Source: an uncultured Calditrichaceae bacterium
GTDB taxonomy: Bacteria; Calditrichota; Calditrichia; RBG-13-44-9
Length of the DNA: 64,000 nt
NCBI GenBank assembly: GCA_964452045.1
Contig: CAYVKM010000010.1
Location: 5,218 to 69,217 of the forward strand
Direction: 5' to 3'
This document shows positions 9,889 through 19,468 of this stretch, piece after piece; within the stretch, counting starts at the first letter, position 1; each line of letters begins with the position of its first letter. Made by a program: the position numbers and the translations under genes. Below the pieces are notes generated by a model. It did no database searches, was not told where the DNA came from, and saw only the letters and a list, made by a program, of their open reading frames with translations.

Positions 9889-10177
9889 TACTACTCAGGA
9901 TAAATCGCACCCATCAGAGGATCAAGCCAATCCCATGACTAGGAATGATAATCCTATTGAAGAATGGGTAAAACCAATGCCCGAAGAAACACCCGAACCC
10001 ACCTTTTGGCCGATAAGTCTGGCAATGTCCATCATCTTTATTCTCTGGGGATTTATCTCGACCTGGATCATCTCAGCAGTGGGTATCGTGCTTTTTAGTA
10101 TATCGGTTCGGGGATGGGTAAGGGATCTACTCAATGAACAATCATCAGATCAGAGGAAGGAACATGAAACTGTTTGA
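9881..10177 (+). CDS. Small single-TM membrane protein of unknown function (possible oxidase or bc-complex accessory subunit)
   Basis: A 98-aa ORF (MYDTTQDKSHPSEDQ...PTFWPISLAMSIIFILWGFISTWIISAVGIVLFSISV) with an acidic N-terminus and one C-terminal TM. It overlaps the Rieske gene start, so coding status is uncertain. Confidence 0.3.
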   Translation: MYDTTQDKSHPSEDQANPMTRNDNPIEEWVKPMPEETPEPTFWPISLAMSIIFILWGFISTWIISAVGIVLFSISVRGWVRDLLNEQSSDQRKEHETV

Positions 10178-10664
10178 CCAAAACGATGAAATAAGCCGCA
10201 GGCAGTTTTTTAATAAACTTGGTATTTTACTCAGCGGTATCGCCGGATTGGTTCTGGCGCTTCCGGTAATTGGTTTTCTGATTTCGCCATTATTACGAAA
10301 GGTTGTCCGGGACTGGCGCGATGTCGGAAATCTGGATCAATTTAAAATTGGTACAACAGTAGAGGTATCGTTTGAAGACGCCTCTCCCTTACCATGGTCC
10401 GGGATTACCGCTAAAACGGCAGCCTGGCTAAGAAGAGTGGACGAAACCAATTTTGTTGCGTTTTCCATAAACTGCACCCATCTTGGTTGTCCGGTCCGGT
10501 GGCTGCCCAGAGCAGATTTGTTCATGTGCCCATGCCATGGTGGTGTATATTACAAGGACGGCCAGGTAGCGGCCGGACCACCACCGAGACCACTAACTCA
10601 ATATCCGGTGCGTATACGAAACAATAGAGTAGAAATCCGTACCAGCCAGCTGCCAATAACCTAA
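10164..10664 (+). CDS. qcrA: Rieske [2Fe-2S] subunit of a cytochrome bc/b6f-type quinol:cytochrome c oxidoreductase, Tat-exported
   Basis: Twin-arginine motif (SRRQFFNKLG), Rieske boxes CTHLGCPV and CPCHGGVY. GAGGAAGG RBS before the ATG at 10164. Confidence 0.85.
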   Translation: MKLFDQNDEISRRQFFNKLGILLSGIAGLVLALPVIGFLISPLLRKVVRDWRDVGNLDQFKIGTTVEVSFEDASPLPWSGITAKTAAWLRRVDETNFVAFSINCTHLGCPVRWLPRADLFMCPCHGGVYYKDGQVAAGPPPRPLTQYPVRIRNNRVEIRTSQLPIT

Positions 10665-10710
10665 TGGATCAGAATCCTCATGCTAATCTGAAGGAAATTA
10701 GAGAACATCT

Positions 10711-12108
10711 ATGAAAATTCTTATAAAAATATGGCATTGGTTCGACGACCGCACCGGATTATCGGAAATTATAAAACCGCTGGCCGGACATCTGGTGCCT
10801 CGTGGGACAACCTGGATGTATGTTTTCGGAAGCGCCACTCTGGTTGCTTTTATCATTCAGGTAGTAACCGGTATCGCACTGGCAACCATGTATATTCCCT
10901 CCACTTCCCAGGCCTACCAGAGCCTGCGCTTTATTACCTATCAGGCCTGGTTAGGAAATTTTATCAGGGGATTGCATTACTTTGGAGCTTCTGCCATGAT
11001 TTTTCTGGTTGGAATCCATATGATCCGGGTTTTCATTACTGCTGCCTATAAATTCCCGCGGGAGATGAACTGGATATCCGGTGTTTTGCTATTAGGTCTC
11101 ACCGTCCTGATGGGATTTACCGGACAATTGTTACGCTGGGATCAAAATGCCCTGTGGTCTGTGGTGGTGGGAGCAGAACAGGCCGGGAGAATCCCATTTA
11201 TCGGAGACTGGATATCCCGCTTTCTCTTGGCAGGTAAAGTGATTGGGGGTGCCACGCTCAGTCGTTTCTTTGCCTTCCACGTTTTCTTTATCCCGGCCTT
11301 AATTTTTTCGGTACTTGGCTTCCATCTGTACCTGGTTATTCGCAATGGCATTTCCGAACCACCAAAACAGGGTCAGGCGGTCGATCCGAAAACCTATCGC
11401 AGTTGGTACGAAAATCTCATTAAAACAGATGGACATCCATTCTGGCCCGATGCCGCCTGGCGGGATGTGGTCTTTGGGGTGGGTGTCATTGCGGTCATTA
11501 TGTTTCTGGCCTATGTGGTGGGACCACCCGTCATTGGCAAACCACCGGATCCGACCAATATCCAGGCTTCACCACGACCGGACTGGTACTTATTGTGGTA
11601 CTTTGCCGTGCTTGCGCTTATTCCCTCGGCAATGGAAAATTATATAATTGTTTTGTTTCCTATGTTAGCCGGCCTGGTATTATTTCTCCTGCCACTCCTG
11701 TTCAATAAAGGTGAGCGTCATCCCTATCGCCGTCCATGGTCCATGGGCGCAGTAATCATTATTGTACTGATGATCGGAACGCTCTGGGTTGCCGGCATTA
11801 AAGCCCATTGGTCTCCCGATTTTTCAGCAAAGCCTTTATCGGAAAAAGTAATCGGTACCAATAGCGGACCAGTCTATGAAGGGGCACAAATATTTTACCA
11901 GAGGGGATGTATCAATTGTCATAATATAGCAGGAGACGGTGGACATCGTGGTCCTGACTTAACTACCGTAGCTGATCGGATGACCGAGGATGAGATGATT
12001 ATCCGGATTTTAAGAGGCGCCGGAAGAATGCCCGCCTTTGGTGGAATTTTAACCCCAAAGGAACTGGATAACGTAGTGGCATTTCTAAAAACCCGCAAAT
12101 CTCATTGA
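10711..12108 (+). CDS. qcrB: Cytochrome b (b6 plus subunit-IV-like, about 380 aa) fused to a C-terminal mono-heme cytochrome c domain
   Basis: Cytochrome b N-terminus with paired His in helices (GLHYFGASAM, FFAFHVFFIPALI). The C-terminal about 85 aa contain CINCHNIAGDGG and a downstream Met (GRMPAFGG), typical of a class I c-type domain. Confidence 0.85.
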   Translation: MKILIKIWHWFDDRTGLSEIIKPLAGHLVPRGTTWMYVFGSATLVAFIIQVVTGIALATMYIPSTSQAYQSLRFITYQAWLGNFIRGLHYFGASAMIFLVGIHMIRVFITAAYKFPREMNWISGVLLLGLTVLMGFTGQLLRWDQNALWSVVVGAEQAGRIPFIGDWISRFLLAGKVIGGATLSRFFAFHVFFIPALIFSVLGFHLYLVIRNGISEPPKQGQAVDPKTYRSWYENLIKTDGHPFWPDAAWRDVVFGVGVIAVIMFLAYVVGPPVIGKPPDPTNIQASPRPDWYLLWYFAVLALIPSAMENYIIVLFPMLAGLVLFLLPLLFNKGERHPYRRPWSMGAVIIIVLMIGTLWVAGIKAHWSPDFSAKPLSEKVIGTNSGPVYEGAQIFYQRGCINCHNIAGDGGHRGPDLTTVADRMTEDEMIIRILRGAGRMPAFGGILTPKELDNVVAFLKTRKSH

Positions 12109-12147
12109 GGGACAGGAACACAGACAAACAGAACTTGGAGATAAAGT

Positions 12148-13242
12148 ATGGAAAGCGTAAACCAATCTCAGCAGGAAACTTATAACAGGAGACTACATCT
12201 TTTCGCACTGTTCACCGCCGGCTTTGCCGTTTTTTTAATCGTTGCCGGAGCAACCGTCACCAGTACCGGATCGGGCGATACCGTCCCCGACTGGCCGCTT
12301 GCTTACCACTCTGTCGTACCTCCTTTAATTGGCGGCATAGTATTCGAGTACAGTCATCGGGTCATTGCCGGAATTACCTCTCTGCTGGTTACCATACTTG
12401 CAATCTGGTTATGGAGATCGAAGCCCAGGCAGCATTTTCGCTGGTTGGGCATTGTTGCTTTGTTGGGAGTTTTCCTCCAGGCCAGTCTGGGCGCCCTAAG
12501 GGTGCTGGTAGTGTCAAATACCGCTGTTCGCTCTGCCATTGCCAGTCTCACCGGTATGACCGATTTCCAGCTAGACAGGATCGCTTTCGCAACTACCCAT
12601 GGCATTCTTGCCCAAACGATCCTGTGCGCACTATTTGCGATCGTCCTGTTTACTTCCCGATCCTGGCTACAACCAGCCACAAATTGGAGGGAAATGGAAA
12701 CAGGAAAAAACATACGCTGGTTCAGTCTGGCACTCTTAATTTTCGTGTTTGGGCAGCTGATTATGGGTACTTTAATTCGTTACACCGGCGCCAGCCTGAT
12801 CATCCCGGATTTCCCGCTCTCCTTTGGCCGACTGATACCACCTTTCCAGAATTTACCTCAGTATACCAGCCTCGGTTTTCCAATTCCCCATGAAGAATAT
12901 CTGTTGAAAGTGATACTCCAATTTGCTCATCGACTGAATGCTTTTCTGATTTTCGGGATTATTATTTATCTTTTTATTTCATATCGCAAATCGCCACTCC
13001 TGGGCCAAATCGTTTTTGCCCTGCTATTCCTGACAGTTATACAAATAACCCTGGGAGCACTGAACATCTGGACTTCAAGATCGGTCTTTTCAACGGTTCC
13101 CCATGTAGCGGTTGGGGCATTAATTCTGGCCACTACCATTATCTTTCTGCTCTGGAGCTGGCGTTTATCCGGAATACATGCCATCCATTCCGAATCCGTT
13201 AAAACAAAAATAAATGAAACCGGTACACCGGAAGTTGCCTGA
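12148..13242 (+). CDS. ctaA: Heme A synthase (CtaA/COX15 family)
   Basis: A 364-aa, 8-TM protein with conserved His in helices (EYSHRVIAGIT, ATTHGILAQ, QFAHRLNAF, VPHVAVGAL). GGAGA RBS. Confidence 0.65.
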   Translation: MESVNQSQQETYNRRLHLFALFTAGFAVFLIVAGATVTSTGSGDTVPDWPLAYHSVVPPLIGGIVFEYSHRVIAGITSLLVTILAIWLWRSKPRQHFRWLGIVALLGVFLQASLGALRVLVVSNTAVRSAIASLTGMTDFQLDRIAFATTHGILAQTILCALFAIVLFTSRSWLQPATNWREMETGKNIRWFSLALLIFVFGQLIMGTLIRYTGASLIIPDFPLSFGRLIPPFQNLPQYTSLGFPIPHEEYLLKVILQFAHRLNAFLIFGIIIYLFISYRKSPLLGQIVFALLFLTVIQITLGALNIWTSRSVFSTVPHVAVGALILATTIIFLLWSWRLSGIHAIHSESVKTKINETGTPEVA

Positions 13243-13278
13243 GATGCTCCGTCATAATAAAAATTGAGGATTAATACT

Positions 13279-13692
13279 ATGTCGGTAGCCGATCTGCCTA
13301 AAGTAAATGCCATCCTGAACGGATTAAGCTTTGCACTCCTCCTCTGCGGATTTTATTTCATTAGAAAAAGAAGGATAAACATCCACAAAACGTTTATGCT
13401 TTCCTCGTTTGCCGTATCTGTACTTTTTCTGATATCCTATCTTTATTACCATTCGCAGGTTGGAAATATTCATTTTAGACATACCGGCTGGATACGTCCG
13501 GTTTATTTTACCATCCTGATCTCACATTCCATATTTGCTGCGATTATTGTTCCCCTAGTTCTTTTCACTCTTTGGCGGGCGCTACGAGCAAATTTCATCA
13601 AACACAAGAAAATTGCCCACTGGACACTCCCCATCTGGCTTTATGTATCGGTAACCGGTGTGGTAATTTACTGGATGCTGTATCAGTTGTAA
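13279..13692 (+). CDS. DUF420 family membrane protein (commonly encoded next to caa3 oxidase/heme A genes)
   Basis: About 137 aa, 4 TM (LNGLSFALLLCGFYFIRKRRINIHKTFM...). GAGGA RBS before the ATG at 13279; the track start 13264 is TTG. Confidence 0.5.
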   Translation: MSVADLPKVNAILNGLSFALLLCGFYFIRKRRINIHKTFMLSSFAVSVLFLISYLYYHSQVGNIHFRHTGWIRPVYFTILISHSIFAAIIVPLVLFTLWRALRANFIKHKKIAHWTLPIWLYVSVTGVVIYWMLYQL

Positions 13693-13969
13693 AAAAGAGC
13701 ACCTTTTAGATGTAAATTAAAGGGAAGAGGAAAAGGAAAAATTGGTCAAAAAAATTATCCTCAAAAACAAAAAAACAATAATAAAAGGATCGATAATTCT
13801 TCCGGATAATCACATATCTTCGTAAATTTTTGATGCCATTCCTGACAAATCAGAATTTTCCATCCTCTCCTGGATATTTCTCTTGCGGAAAATCATTCAG
13901 ACTTGGCTCCGGGTGTTTTGTAAAGATCAATTTTTAAGAGATTAGCAATTTGGTTTAAAAAAAGGACTT

Positions 13970-14344
13970 ATGATGAATAGACCAATCCATTTTGAGATTC
14001 TGGCGAATGATCCGGAGAAGGTGATCGCCTTTTATCAGAAGGTTTTTAACTGGCAAATTGCCGGCTGGGAAGGACCGCAGAGTTACTGGTTAGCGACCAC
14101 CGGACCCGAGGACACACCGGGAATTAATGGTGGTTTTATGAATCGACATTTTCAGCAGGCCGTCATTAATACCATCGAAGTCGATTCGATAAATGATTAT
14201 TTAGCAAAGATCGAGGAAGCCGGAGGTAAAAAGATACTGGGGCCACGCGAAGTTCCCGGTGTTGGGCTGCATGCCTACTGCGAGGACCCAGAAGGGAGTA
14301 TCTTTGGTATTATGCAAACTGTATCAACCAACAAGACAAAGTGA
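13970..14344 (+). CDS. VOC/glyoxalase-bleomycin resistance family protein
   Basis: 124 aa; PIHFEILANDPEKVIAFYQKVFNW is a typical VOC beta-alpha-beta-beta-beta N-terminus. Confidence 0.6.
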   Translation: MMNRPIHFEILANDPEKVIAFYQKVFNWQIAGWEGPQSYWLATTGPEDTPGINGGFMNRHFQQAVINTIEVDSINDYLAKIEEAGGKKILGPREVPGVGLHAYCEDPEGSIFGIMQTVSTNKTK

Positions 14345-14467
14345 AATTTTAAATTCGACCGGGACAGTTCTTCTTGTTTCTCAGGTTTTCGATAAATTTG
14401 TATATCATAACAGAAAGTTATAAATGATAATTCAAATATCTGAAACCAAAACCTTTGGAGGTAAATA

Positions 14468-14983
14468 ATGAGAACTTACCGTTTTTTGATCAGCAGCACA
14501 GCATTAACTATACTCCTGGTTTTTCTCTTCAACTGTAACACAGAAAAAAGTTCAGCCCAATATCAACCCTTAGTCGATGCTTATCTCAGTTTCTGGAATA
14601 CCGGTAATTTTGACGGCATCGATCAGGTCCTTCTTCCGGACTTTGAGTTGCGGATGACACCCAAATTTGAACCCGAAAAAGGGATTGAAACCTTTAAGCA
14701 GGATGTTGTAAAGTGGAGAACCGCCTATCCTGATTTTCATATCACGGTGAATGAATCATTTTTTGACACGGACAAATTTGCTGTCCGGTGGACCATTACC
14801 GCAACCAACACCGGACCCGGCACACACCCCCCGACCGGCAAATCGATCGACGTTTCGGGCATGAGTATCATCCATTTCCAGGATGGCAAGATAAAAGATG
14901 AATGGATTGCCAGTAACAATTTATATTGGTTGATGCAATTGGGTTTTAAGCTCGAATCACCATTCAAAGAAAATACTCAATAA
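14468..14983 (+). CDS. Secreted SnoaL/NTF2-like (predicted ester cyclase-like) protein
   Basis: GGAGG RBS, signal peptide, and an NTF2-like core (DAYLSFWNTGNFDGIDQVL...). Confidence 0.45.
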   Translation: MRTYRFLISSTALTILLVFLFNCNTEKSSAQYQPLVDAYLSFWNTGNFDGIDQVLLPDFELRMTPKFEPEKGIETFKQDVVKWRTAYPDFHITVNESFFDTDKFAVRWTITATNTGPGTHPPTGKSIDVSGMSIIHFQDGKIKDEWIASNNLYWLMQLGFKLESPFKENTQ

Positions 14984-15015
14984 TTTAAGTGAGGTGATAA
15001 AAAGGAGATCCTGTT

Positions 15016-15597
15016 ATGAGAACCAAAAAATTATCAGTTGTTCTATTATTTTATGTGCTCTTGAATCTGGCCTGCGCACCTGCAAAAAAGGATATTGTTA
15101 TCCAATATTTTGATGCCTACAATAAACATCAGCCAGGAGTAGTAAATCTACTTTTATCGGATAACATTACTTTCACTGCTATTGAATCATTTACTTTACG
15201 TGGTAAAGAAGAGTTGAAAAATCTTGCCGAATATGATTCGACTCTCCACACTGAACTGGTTTATTCAAATTTAACCGAAGCCGGAGACACGGTTATCTGC
15301 CAGGTGTCTGAAAATAATGATTGGCTGGCTGCTCTGGGCATTACCTCCATCCGATATGATTACGCTAAATTCGTGGTGAGGCATAAGGATATCTGGGATA
15401 TCATCGTAAAAATGAACGACCAGAGCATTAATGAGATATCTACCAAGCTTCAGCCGGTAATAGATTGGGCTTCGAATAACAAACCCGATGTTTTAAATGA
15501 TGTCATGCCGGATGGTGAATTTATTTATGACAAGATTGCGGCTGAAATGTGGTTGCAGCTCCTGCAGGAATACAATGCCGCCACAGGATCAAAATAG
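15016..15597 (+). CDS. Lipoprotein, NTF2-like fold suspected
   Basis: AAGGAG RBS, signal peptide with lipobox (LLNLACAP). Weak NTF2-like N-terminus (IQYFDAYNKHQPGVVN). Confidence 0.4.
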   Translation: MRTKKLSVVLLFYVLLNLACAPAKKDIVIQYFDAYNKHQPGVVNLLLSDNITFTAIESFTLRGKEELKNLAEYDSTLHTELVYSNLTEAGDTVICQVSENNDWLAALGITSIRYDYAKFVVRHKDIWDIIVKMNDQSINEISTKLQPVIDWASNNKPDVLNDVMPDGEFIYDKIAAEMWLQLLQEYNAATGSK

Positions 15598-15608
15598 ACA
15601 AAAATAAA

Positions 15609-15640
15609 AACGGTCGCAGAAGGAAAAATCCGCGACCGTT
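15609..15640. terminator. Intrinsic terminator hairpin between convergent genes (best for the minus-strand OmpA gene)
   Basis: A 9-bp stem AACGGTCGC/GCGACCGTT with a 14-nt loop. The A-run on the + strand upstream gives a U-run for the minus-strand transcript. Confidence 0.55.
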
Positions 15641-15663
15641 CAATTTCAATTTCACAGGGTTGT

Positions 15664-17049
15664 CTATTTAATCCTATAGAATTCAATTCTGCGATTCTTA
15701 GCTCGCCCTTCCCTCGTGGAGTTGGGAGCGATAGGATTATCAGGACCATAACCTCTTGTACGAATGCGCATGGCATCGATGCCATTATTCATCAGATAAA
15801 TCTTGACCGCATCTGCCCGTTCCTGGGAGAGCCGCATATTGGTCTGGTAACTTCCGGTGATATCGGTATGTCCCCGAATTTCCACTTCAATCTTGGGATT
15901 ATTCTGTAATGTCCGGACCACTTTATCTAAAATAGATTTGGAATTCGGTGTTAAGTTAGCACTGCCGGTGGCAAAATAAACTCCTTCCAGAACAATAGAT
16001 TCCCCCTTCTCCACCGCAATTTCCGGCTTCACATCCGGGCAACCATCCTTGTCTTCATAACCGTTGTAGGTTTCTTTGGTGTCGGTACCATCGATCAAAG
16101 TTTGATCGGTACCAGGACATTCATCCTGAACATCAGGAATACCATCGCCATCATTATCCGGATCGGGCACACCATCGTCATCCACATAACTGTCCACATC
16201 CTCCGGATCGTCAGGAGCACCATCGTTTACATCTAAAATTCCATCCTTATCATTATCCGGATCCGGGACGCCATCCTCATCCTCAAACCCATCCCGGTCC
16301 TCCGGATCCATCGGCGCTTTATCCCGGAAATCGGGAACACCATCCTGATCATTATCCAGGTCGGGGGCGCCGTCTTCATCCTGAAATCCGTCAAAATCTT
16401 CCGGATGCAGCGGATCCAGATCCCGTTTATCCGGGATGCCATCACCATCGGTGTCTTTTGCCCCGCCAAAGTGAAAGGAAAAACCCAAAGATCCGCTTAA
16501 AAAACTATCCAGATTCTTTTCACTTTTGATATCATCCAGATAGTCCGATACCACAAAATGATAAGCCCCTTCAATATCAAAGGAAAAATTTTCACCAAGA
16601 AATATGGAGCACCCCAATCCGGCAGGGATGGAAAAAGCGAATTTTTGATAATTACCTGCTTCATTGTTGGGCAAAAGATTTCCATTCCGGTCCTTCGGAT
16701 CAAAATGAAAACCCTCTGCACCCAGCTGAAAATAGGGACTTACTACATTCTTTGCCGATGGACGGTATTTCATGGATGCGGATAGACTGTATACCGGCGT
16801 TTCAAAAAAATAGTTAGAATTTTGCGAAGTTATATGGGCGGCATAACCAAGAATTCCCAGCGCCAGCTGATCAGTAAACCATAGCTCTGTGGTAATACCG
16901 GAATACTGGCCAAGTTTCTGGTTTTTAATGTCACCAAAATAAGTATTGCCTCCAATTTTAAAACCCAGCATCACATCCTGGGCCAAAGCAAATTGGCTCA
17001 TCAAAATTATGAAAATAAACAATAAAGTCGTAAATCGGTAATTCATCAT
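15664..17049 (-). CDS. OmpA-family outer membrane protein with thrombospondin type 3 (calcium-binding DxDxDG) repeats
   Basis: Signal peptide plus a beta-barrel N-domain. A central run of DTDGDGIPD / DNDQDGVPD / DNDKDGILD / DNDGDGIPD repeats. C-terminal OmpA domain (TGSYQTNMRLSQERADAV..., NRRIEF). GGAGA RBS. Confidence 0.8.
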   Translation of the reverse strand: MMNYRFTTLLFIFIILMSQFALAQDVMLGFKIGGNTYFGDIKNQKLGQYSGITTELWFTDQLALGILGYAAHITSQNSNYFFETPVYSLSASMKYRPSAKNVVSPYFQLGAEGFHFDPKDRNGNLLPNNEAGNYQKFAFSIPAGLGCSIFLGENFSFDIEGAYHFVVSDYLDDIKSEKNLDSFLSGSLGFSFHFGGAKDTDGDGIPDKRDLDPLHPEDFDGFQDEDGAPDLDNDQDGVPDFRDKAPMDPEDRDGFEDEDGVPDPDNDKDGILDVNDGAPDDPEDVDSYVDDDGVPDPDNDGDGIPDVQDECPGTDQTLIDGTDTKETYNGYEDKDGCPDVKPEIAVEKGESIVLEGVYFATGSANLTPNSKSILDKVVRTLQNNPKIEVEIRGHTDITGSYQTNMRLSQERADAVKIYLMNNGIDAMRIRTRGYGPDNPIAPNSTREGRAKNRRIEFYRIK

Positions 17050-17327
17050 TTCTCCAATTCATTATTCACAGCTTAGATCAAAATTATCGTTTATTAATCT
17101 TAATTCTTTAAAATTATAAAGTTATTTTATCATTTTATGATGCGAGGGATATCGGTATTTATTGGTTTTGTAGAAAAGCCAGTTCATAATATTTTACAAA
17201 TCTTTCAGGTGAATTACCAAAAAGGGAATTTTGAGGATTGTTTCAAGAGTTTATGGATTGAACTATATTTTGGTTTTATATTTCACCCTGTTTTTATGAA
17301 CTTGAGACAAATCCACAGGAGGAAAAA

Positions 17328-18524
17328 ATGAACCCAAAGATTGTACGGAAGGACCTGGAAACCTGGGCGGATTATCTGCTGGATTATTCCCTGGGAGGCA
17401 TAACCCGGGATGATATTGTGATGATTAAAGGAGAGCATATCTGCTGGCCACTGATGTCCGTATTGCAGGATAAAATATTTGCCGCAGGAGGAATTGCGGA
17501 TATGAACATCGTGGCGCCGGATAATGATCGGGGAAAGGTTTGGGGTGCATCAATTACAAAGTATGGGACTATCGAGCAGATTCAGAAAGTGCCCGAATGG
17601 CATGAACAGCGATATAAAAATATGACCAAATATATTGAAGTACTCGGAGCCGAATCCCCTGATCTTTTCGATAACCTGCCGGAGGAGACAACAAAAGCTG
17701 TGATGAGAGCGGATGAACCATTCAAAACTATCCGTCTGCTCAAACCATGGGTGCTTACACTTTACCCCACCCAGGGTTTTGCCAATCTGGAAGGAATGAG
17801 CCTGGAAGATTATACCCGGGTTATTGTTAATGCTTCAACAGTTGATCCAAGATTGCTGGAAGAAGTGGAGGAACCAATCTATCAATTGTTGAGCAAAAGT
17901 AAGGAAATCCGGATCCAGACCGAACATCCCAAAACCGGTAAGGCTTTGGAACTCCGCTTAAGTATTGCCGGCCGGAATGTAATTAAATGTACCGGTGAAC
18001 GAAATTTTCCGGATGGAGAAGTGTTTACCAGTCCCGATGCCAATAGTGTGGAAGGTGAAATATTTGTAGATTTGCCGGTTTTTCAGAGTGGTACTACCAT
18101 TCAGGGAATTTATCTGAAATTTGAAAACGGGGCCATTAAAGAATACACTGCCGAGAAGGGATTTGAAGCTCTGCAGAAAGTAATTGAAACCGATGAAGGT
18201 TCACATCGGCTGGGCGAGGTTGCTCTGGGTATGAATAACGGAATTGAGAAAGTGCTAAAACATCCCCTGTTTGTTGAAAAAGTTGGCGGAACGCTGCATA
18301 TTGCCATCGGCGCCAGTTACCCGGAGTGCTTTACGGCGGATCCGAATTCCGATGTGGGCAAGAAGGAAACGGAAGAATATAACAAAAAAGGTATACTGAA
18401 TAAATCGGCGCAGCACGTGGATATCGTTACCGATTTCCGGCCGGGTGGCAGCGGTCGTGCGGTTTATATCAACCAGGTTAAACTGGATATGAAGGACAAT
18501 ATCTGGGTGGTTCCAAACCAATAG
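17328..18524 (+). CDS. Aminopeptidase, M29 (AmpS/aminopeptidase T) family
   Basis: 398 aa. The overall layout and a C-terminal HIAIGASYPE region match the thermophilic metalloprotease M29 family. GGAGG RBS. Confidence 0.55.
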   Translation: MNPKIVRKDLETWADYLLDYSLGGITRDDIVMIKGEHICWPLMSVLQDKIFAAGGIADMNIVAPDNDRGKVWGASITKYGTIEQIQKVPEWHEQRYKNMTKYIEVLGAESPDLFDNLPEETTKAVMRADEPFKTIRLLKPWVLTLYPTQGFANLEGMSLEDYTRVIVNASTVDPRLLEEVEEPIYQLLSKSKEIRIQTEHPKTGKALELRLSIAGRNVIKCTGERNFPDGEVFTSPDANSVEGEIFVDLPVFQSGTTIQGIYLKFENGAIKEYTAEKGFEALQKVIETDEGSHRLGEVALGMNNGIEKVLKHPLFVEKVGGTLHIAIGASYPECFTADPNSDVGKKETEEYNKKGILNKSAQHVDIVTDFRPGGSGRAVYINQVKLDMKDNIWVVPNQ

Positions 18525-18670
18525 ATATAAAAATATCCTGATCCAGAAATATTAGTGGATGTTTTAATGCTGCTTGCAGCTAGAACACTGAATTAAAATC
18601 AGTTATCACTGCATACTTTCTTATTTTTTTCTTCTGCTTAAATCAATAATATATTGATGGAGAAAAGCTC

Positions 18671-19432
18671 ATGCAGAGAACCATATTTATTACCGGAGCA
18701 AGTGCCGGATTCGGAGAGGGTTGTGCCAGGCGTTTCGCCAGGGAGGGTTGGCGATTGGTTCTGGTGGCCCGCCGTTCGGAAAGATTACAGGATCTCCAAA
18801 CGGAACTTGGTGGTAATGAGAAAATCCACATCATCCCACTGGACATTCAGCAGAAAACGGCCGTTAAGAAAGCGTTAGATAAACTTCCGGAAAAATTCCA
18901 AAATATTGATGTGCTGGTCAACAATGCAGGTCTGGCCCTGGGACTCGAACCCTCCCACACTGCCAGTCTGGAGGACTGGGAAACCATGGTGGATACCAAT
19001 ATTAAAGGGCTTTTGTATTGCACCAGGTTACTTTTACCGGAGATTGTGAAGCGTAACAAGGGACATATAATTAATATCGGATCTACCGCCGGAAACTGGC
19101 CTTATCCGGGTGGAAATGTGTATGGAGCAACCAAGGCTTTTGTCAAACAATTTTCCCGGAATTTGCGGGCAGATCTGTTCGGCACAAAGGTGAGAGTGAC
19201 CAACATCGAACCGGGATTAGCAGAAACCGAATTCTCTATGGTGCGCTTTAAGGGTGATTCCGACAGAGCAAATCAGGTTTATAAGGGAACACAACCCTTA
19301 ACTGCGGAAGATATTGCCGAGGTTGTCTTCTGGGTTACCAGTCTTCCCGATCACGTTAATATTAACCGGATTGAAGTAATGCCCACCGACCAGACCTGGG
19401 GTCCACTGGCCCTGGATCGCCGGGAAGAATAG
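18671..19432 (+). CDS. ydfG: NADP-dependent 3-hydroxy acid dehydrogenase YdfG (SDR family)
   Basis: Near-colinear with E. coli YdfG: TGASAGFGE, NNAGLALG, IINIGSTAG, YGATKAF, and a C-terminal LPDHVNIN. Confidence 0.85.
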   Translation: MQRTIFITGASAGFGEGCARRFAREGWRLVLVARRSERLQDLQTELGGNEKIHIIPLDIQQKTAVKKALDKLPEKFQNIDVLVNNAGLALGLEPSHTASLEDWETMVDTNIKGLLYCTRLLLPEIVKRNKGHIINIGSTAGNWPYPGGNVYGATKAFVKQFSRNLRADLFGTKVRVTNIEPGLAETEFSMVRFKGDSDRANQVYKGTQPLTAEDIAEVVFWVTSLPDHVNINRIEVMPTDQTWGPLALDRREE

Positions 19433-19468
19433 ACTGATCTCATATTTTTAAACCCTTTATTCAGCCAA

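Noticed and set aside
10731-11051. Internal ORFs within or antisense to large genes (e.g. 10731-11051, 1003-1236, 46552-46968, 35594-35989)
   Set aside because: They sit in alternative frames of confidently assigned genes, and have biased composition and no RBS. They were treated as frame-shadow artefacts.
16080-16480. Repetitive DNA (GATCC/GGATC-rich periodic repeats) that might be mistaken for a tandem repeat or CRISPR-like array
   Set aside because: It lies inside the OmpA-family ORF and encodes the thrombospondin-type-3 DxDxDG calcium-binding repeats. The periodicity is codon-level, with no spacer/repeat structure.
17137-17331. 64-aa ORF upstream of the M29 aminopeptidase
   Set aside because: It overlaps the aminopeptidase RBS/start region, has low-complexity aromatic-rich content and no SD. 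It is more likely promoter DNA.
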